Of a DNA stretch of 64,000 nucleotides, positions 60,644 to 64,000 are shown piece after piece. The DNA lies in assembly GCA_035776675.1 (NCBI GenBank), contig DASTWO010000033.1, forward strand, positions 431 through 64,430. Direction: 5' to 3'. The notes beneath the pieces are model-generated. The model ran no database searches. It saw only the letters and a program-made list of their open reading frames with translations, and was not told the DNA's origin. The stretch's first letter is position 1. Each line of letters starts with the position of its first letter. The DNA comes from Bacillales bacterium. Its GTDB lineage: Bacteria; Bacillota; Bacilli; Bacillales; DASSOY01. The position numbers and the translations under genes were made by a program.

Positions 60644-62524
60644 GTGGAGGCGCCTTGTGGTTCTACTCACCTGGAGGTGGTCTATATTTTATTTAGGCGT
60701 CATTCTACTTTTACTTTTTATCTGACAGCTGTCGTCCTATTGTGGATCAAAACATTTGCGGTCTATGAATTTTATTTTGATTTGAATGTGCATTCTCTCA
60801 TGGGGCAATTCATTTTATGGATGAATCCAATCAGTTCCGTTCTGCTGTTGCTCGGTATGAGTTTCTTCTTCGGGAACCGGGTTCGGCCAGGATGGGTCTT
60901 GATTATAAGCTTTCTGAGCACCATGCTTTTGTTCGCGGATTTGCTTTATTACCGTTTCTATATTGATTTCATTACGATCCCCGTCATTACTCAGTTGCCG
61001 AGTGTCGGCGGGTTGGGACAGAGCACGGTCGCTTTGATGAGCCCATTCGATCTTTTCCTGTTTCTTGATTTGATCTTCCTGTTGTGGTGGCTGAAGGCGG
61101 GAACCTGGACGGAAACACAGGTAACCCGTAAAACAAAACTTTCCGTAGCTGCAGTGGCCGTTCTCTTGTTGGCGGCTAATGTCGGCCTGGTCAAGGTGGA
61201 ACATCCACAGATGTTTGAAGCCTTCTATAATCGAAAATCGATTGTGAAAGCTTTCGGGGCCTTCAATTATCATGCGTATGACATAGTGGCGCAGGCAAAG
61301 CCGGTCGCGGCACGGGCATTTGCCTCAAACAGCGAACTTGAGCAAATCGAGCAATATGTCAATGAGCACGAAATTCCGCCGAATCAGGATTTATTCGGAG
61401 CCGCGAAAGGCAAGAACATCATCTTGATTTCTCTGGAGTCGACTCAGAACTTTGTGATCGGCCAGAAAATCAACGGCGAAGAGGTTACTCCGTTCTTGAA
61501 TGATCTTGTGAAGAACAGCTACTATTTCGATCATTTCTACCATCAAACGGAACAAGGAAAAACCTCTGATGCGGAGTTCTTGATCGACAGTTCGTTGTAC
61601 CCGCTGCCGAGCGGTTCCGTGTTCGTTCGTTATCCGGAAAATGAATACAACGCATTGCCGGAAATTCTCGGAGACCACGGATACTATTCCGCAGTTTTCC
61701 ACGGCAATGAAAGAACCTTCTGGAACCGTGACGAGATGTATGACTCTCTTGGATACGATCATTTCTTCTCTCAGCGCGATTATCATTTGACTGATGAGAA
61801 TACGATTAACTATGGATTGAAGGACATTCCGTTTTTCAAGCAATCTATGCCGTACTTGAAAGACCTGCAACAACCGTTCTATTCGAAATTCCTGTTGTTG
61901 TCGAACCACTTTCCATTTCTGATTGATCCGGAAGATCGAATGATAGAACCTCCTCACACGGACTTCGAGATCGTGAACAATTATTTCATGACGGTTCGCT
62001 ATGAGGATGAAGCGGTAAAGAAATTCTTCCAGATGTTGAAGGAAAGCGGCTTGTACAAGAATTCCGTGATCATTCTTTACGGAGACCACTACGGAATTTC
62101 AGAAGCCTATGAAAAAGGTTTAGAGAAGGTCTTTAACGAGGAATTGTCCCCGGTGGAGAAGGTGAAATTGCAGCGTGTGCCGTTTATCATCCACTTTCCG
62201 GGGCAAACCGATGGCAAAACGATTCACACGGTCGCCGGCCAGGTTGACATTCGTCCGACCATCCTGCATTTGCTCGGCATTCGTACAGACGACTTCCTGC
62301 ACTTCGGTCACGGATTGTTCTCGCCTCAGAAGGAGGACTTCGTCATCTTTCGAAACGGAAGTTTCGTCACGGAGAACTACATTTGGTCGGGTAATCGCTG
62401 CTACAGCAAGAGCGACGGGAAGAAGGTTTCCAAAGCCAAATGCGAACCGTGGTTTGAACGTCGTTCCAGAGAGCTTGAGCTTTCTGATATGATTTTGTAT
62501 GAGGATCTATTAAGATTTAAGTAG
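60644..62524 (+). CDS. ltaS: LTA synthase family protein (LtaS-type; 5 TM helices plus extracellular sulfatase-like domain)
   Basis: N-terminal TM region FYLTAVVLLWIKTFAVYEFYFDL. Catalytic domain NIILISLESTQNF...GKTSDAEF...NHFPF...YGDHYG. The start codon is uncertain (no clear RBS at 60644). Confidence 0.88.
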   Translation: MEAPCGSTHLEVVYILFRRHSTFTFYLTAVVLLWIKTFAVYEFYFDLNVHSLMGQFILWMNPISSVLLLLGMSFFFGNRVRPGWVLIISFLSTMLLFADLLYYRFYIDFITIPVITQLPSVGGLGQSTVALMSPFDLFLFLDLIFLLWWLKAGTWTETQVTRKTKLSVAAVAVLLLAANVGLVKVEHPQMFEAFYNRKSIVKAFGAFNYHAYDIVAQAKPVAARAFASNSELEQIEQYVNEHEIPPNQDLFGAAKGKNIILISLESTQNFVIGQKINGEEVTPFLNDLVKNSYYFDHFYHQTEQGKTSDAEFLIDSSLYPLPSGSVFVRYPENEYNALPEILGDHGYYSAVFHGNERTFWNRDEMYDSLGYDHFFSQRDYHLTDENTINYGLKDIPFFKQSMPYLKDLQQPFYSKFLLLSNHFPFLIDPEDRMIEPPHTDFEIVNNYFMTVRYEDEAVKKFFQMLKESGLYKNSVIILYGDHYGISEAYEKGLEKVFNEELSPVEKVKLQRVPFIIHFPGQTDGKTIHTVAGQVDIRPTILHLLGIRTDDFLHFGHGLFSPQKEDFVIFRNGSFVTENYIWSGNRCYSKSDGKKVSKAKCEPWFERRSRELELSDMILYEDLLRFK

Positions 62525-62532
62525 GTCAGATA

Positions 62533-62560
62533 AGGGCCCTTCGGGCTCTTTTTTTATTTT
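62533..62560 (+). terminator. Rho-independent terminator after ltaS
   Basis: AGGGCCC-TTC-GGGCTCT followed by TTTTTTTATTTT. Confidence 0.8.
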
Positions 62561-62647
62561 CGGCTCTTGTTGGACTGCAAGATTTGCGGGATTCTGCCGA
62601 TACTAATAACAGGAGCCAACCCAGAACGAAGCGAAAGGATGATCCAA

Positions 62648-62986
62648 ATGCCGAAATACAACAAATTGGTTCGGGATCACATTCCCGATTTAATTAAGAT
62701 AACCGGGAAAAACCCGGTCGTTCGAACATTGGGTGAAGAGGAGTATGCCGCGGCTCTAAGGCGGAAACTCCGCGAAGAAACGAGTGAATACATAAAGGCT
62801 GACAATAACCGCGATGCGGTGAAGGAGTTGGCGGATGTGCTTGAAGTGGTTCATGCGCTTGCTTCATTGCAGGGCATAACAACCGAGGAGCTTGAAGATG
62901 TACGGGCGAACAAGGAAAAGGAACGGGGCGGCTTTCATGACAGGGTATACCTGGTTGAAGTGAATAATGAAGCCCAGGTAAAATAA
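62648..62986 (+). CDS. MazG-like nucleoside triphosphate pyrophosphohydrolase (house-cleaning type)
   Basis: MPKYNKLVRDHIPDLI...KLREETSEY...ELADVLEVVHALA...KEKERGGF. Start 8 nt after AAAGGA (the track ORF starts at 62567). Confidence 0.8.
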   Translation: MPKYNKLVRDHIPDLIKITGKNPVVRTLGEEEYAAALRRKLREETSEYIKADNNRDAVKELADVLEVVHALASLQGITTEELEDVRANKEKERGGFHDRVYLVEVNNEAQVK

Positions 62987-62989
62987 AAA

Positions 62990-63017
62990 CCATGTGCCTC
63001 GCGAGGCGGGCACATGG
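62990..63017 (-). terminator. GC-rich hairpin, terminator-like on the minus strand
   Basis: CCATGTGCC...GGCACATGG with an inner GCCTCGCGAGGC. On the minus strand it is followed by TTTTTATTTT; there is no T-run on the plus side. Confidence 0.55.
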
Positions 63018-63308
63018 CGCTAACCGTTGCTTTTACTCGCTTTTTTCACGACGGGCTTGTCTTACCCTCGGTTTACGATAACCTCCGGCAATGTCTGCGT
63101 GCTTAAATTCCCTGGCGTAATTCACCTCTTGAGAGTCGGTTAACGTATGCCCTTCACCCTGAATCGGTTGATACTGGGTCTTCTTGCTTTTCATGTTAAA
63201 TCCCTCTTTCTTTAGGAGTCTTAATAAGAGATTTCCCGAAATGGTAGAATGAAAAACATATCGGATATGTTATGATGAACAAAATGTGCGTGTGGGAGAG
63301 TGTGACCG

Positions 63309-64000
63309 ATGAAGACATATAGAAAGGATCAGCCGTGCCCTTGCGGAAGCGGGAAAATCTATCAAGATTGCTGCATGGAACGGGACAACAAGGTGGTGGA
63401 TTTTCAACAGAAAGTGATTGATCGGGAGATCCGCCAGTTTCAGGAAGTTTTCTTCGATTTTACAGATATCTATCGAGAACAGATGGCCGAGTATCTGGGG
63501 GCATGCGGTCAGAAATATCGGCTGACGGATGGTCCGCATTTTACAGAGGAGTACATTCCGCTTTTCATGATTTGGGCGGCTCTCAATGCACCGGTCGTAG
63601 AGGGGAAATCGCCATTCCGGCGTTTCACGAAAGACTTTGGCGATCGATTTCATCCGGTCACCTATGATCTTATGAAGAAGTGGGATACTGTCCCCGAATT
63701 CTATGAAGCGGTCAGTGAACTTGACGGGGATATGATCACTGTCAGGTCATTGGAAACAGGTAAGGACTACAGTGTTAACCTGAACAATGTCAGTCCCTTT
63801 CAGATCAAGAACACCGGCCCTTATGAAGGCAGTGGATTGATAGGCGCGCTTGTCCCGGCGGGAGACAGCCATATTTTTCTCCTTGGCCATAAGCAATTCG
63901 ACCTTGAGTTATTGAAGTCTTTGAATGAAACATTGCCGGCAGGGGAAAACAGGAAGGAATACATAAGAAGCACATTTCCACTCATATTGGAACAGGCCTT
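63309..64000 (+). CDS. SEC-C motif domain protein (YecA-like metal-binding N-terminus); 3' end lies outside the window
   Basis: Own translation: MKTYRKDQPCPCGSGKIYQDCCMERDNKVV... (PCPCGSGKxYxxCC is the SEC-C motif). The frame is open to the window end, so it is absent from the ORF track. Confidence 0.75.
   Translation, partial: MKTYRKDQPCPCGSGKIYQDCCMERDNKVVDFQQKVIDREIRQFQEVFFDFTDIYREQMAEYLGACGQKYRLTDGPHFTEEYIPLFMIWAALNAPVVEGKSPFRRFTKDFGDRFHPVTYDLMKKWDTVPEFYEAVSELDGDMITVRSLETGKDYSVNLNNVSPFQIKNTGPYEGSGLIGALVPAGDSHIFLLGHKQFDLELLKSLNETLPAGENRKEYIRSTFPLILEQA

Noticed and set aside
61391-62089. 232-aa minus-strand ORF inside ltaS.
   Set aside because: It lies antisense to the clearly conserved LtaS sulfatase-like domain. 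It has no RBS or recognisable motifs and is a typical shadow ORF.
63270-63653. 127-aa minus-strand track ORF.
   Set aside because: The opposite strand encodes an open-ended ORF starting at 63309 with a canonical SEC-C motif (PCPCGSGKxYxxCC). The minus-strand ORF is its shadow.
1-64000. Search for CRISPR arrays, rRNA/tRNA genes, IS elements, integrases, prophage genes and classic defence systems (restriction-modification, toxin-antitoxin, Abi).
   Set aside because: I saw no repeat-spacer arrays, no tRNA-like cloverleaf regions in the longer intergenic gaps, and no transposase, integrase or recombinase-like ORFs. The accessory character of the window comes from paralog expansion rather than recognisable mobile DNA.

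Overview
Chromosomal segment of an endospore-forming Bacillales (Firmicutes) genome, judged from its gerA-type and gerP operons and its liaIH-GFSR, plsY and ltaS genes. No rRNA, tRNA, CRISPR array, transposase or integrase is visible. Gene order: (1) a drug-efflux block with a partial MFS transporter and a DrrAB-like ABC pair. (2) Small accessory genes, including a PLA2-like pseudogene with an in-frame TGA. (3) A Lia cell-envelope-stress locus (liaI-liaH-[ABC-2 exporter]-liaG-liaF-liaS-liaR) preceded by two further genes. All three transcription units carry the same inverted repeat TACGAC-N4-GTCTTA plus a conserved promoter. (4) A minus-strand tricarboxylate locus: BNR propeller, CitS/CitT-like two-component system, tctCBA, DASS permease, prpD and prpB, with no prpC. 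(5) The most unusual region (about 25.9-39.3 kb, all + strand): an ArsR-SRPBCC regulator, three sigma-70/ECF-type sigma factors with C-terminal extensions, nine genes encoding 13 VOC (glyoxalase/bleomycin-resistance fold) domains, three GyrI-like genes, one DinB-like gene and two paralogous papain-like proteins. Four units in this region share a promoter motif, GCGTATC-N15-17-CGTTA. (6) An L,D-transpeptidase operon, a gerA-type receptor operon, a rearranged gerP operon, a permease-formamidase operon, a uracil permease, an NlpC/P60 hydrolase, a DUF47-PiT phosphate pair and pepP. (7) A plsY / GNAT-aminotransferase fusion / ltaS cluster, a MazG-like gene and a partial SEC-C-motif gene. All family assignments come from reading the translated ORFs and recalled family motifs. 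No database search was run.
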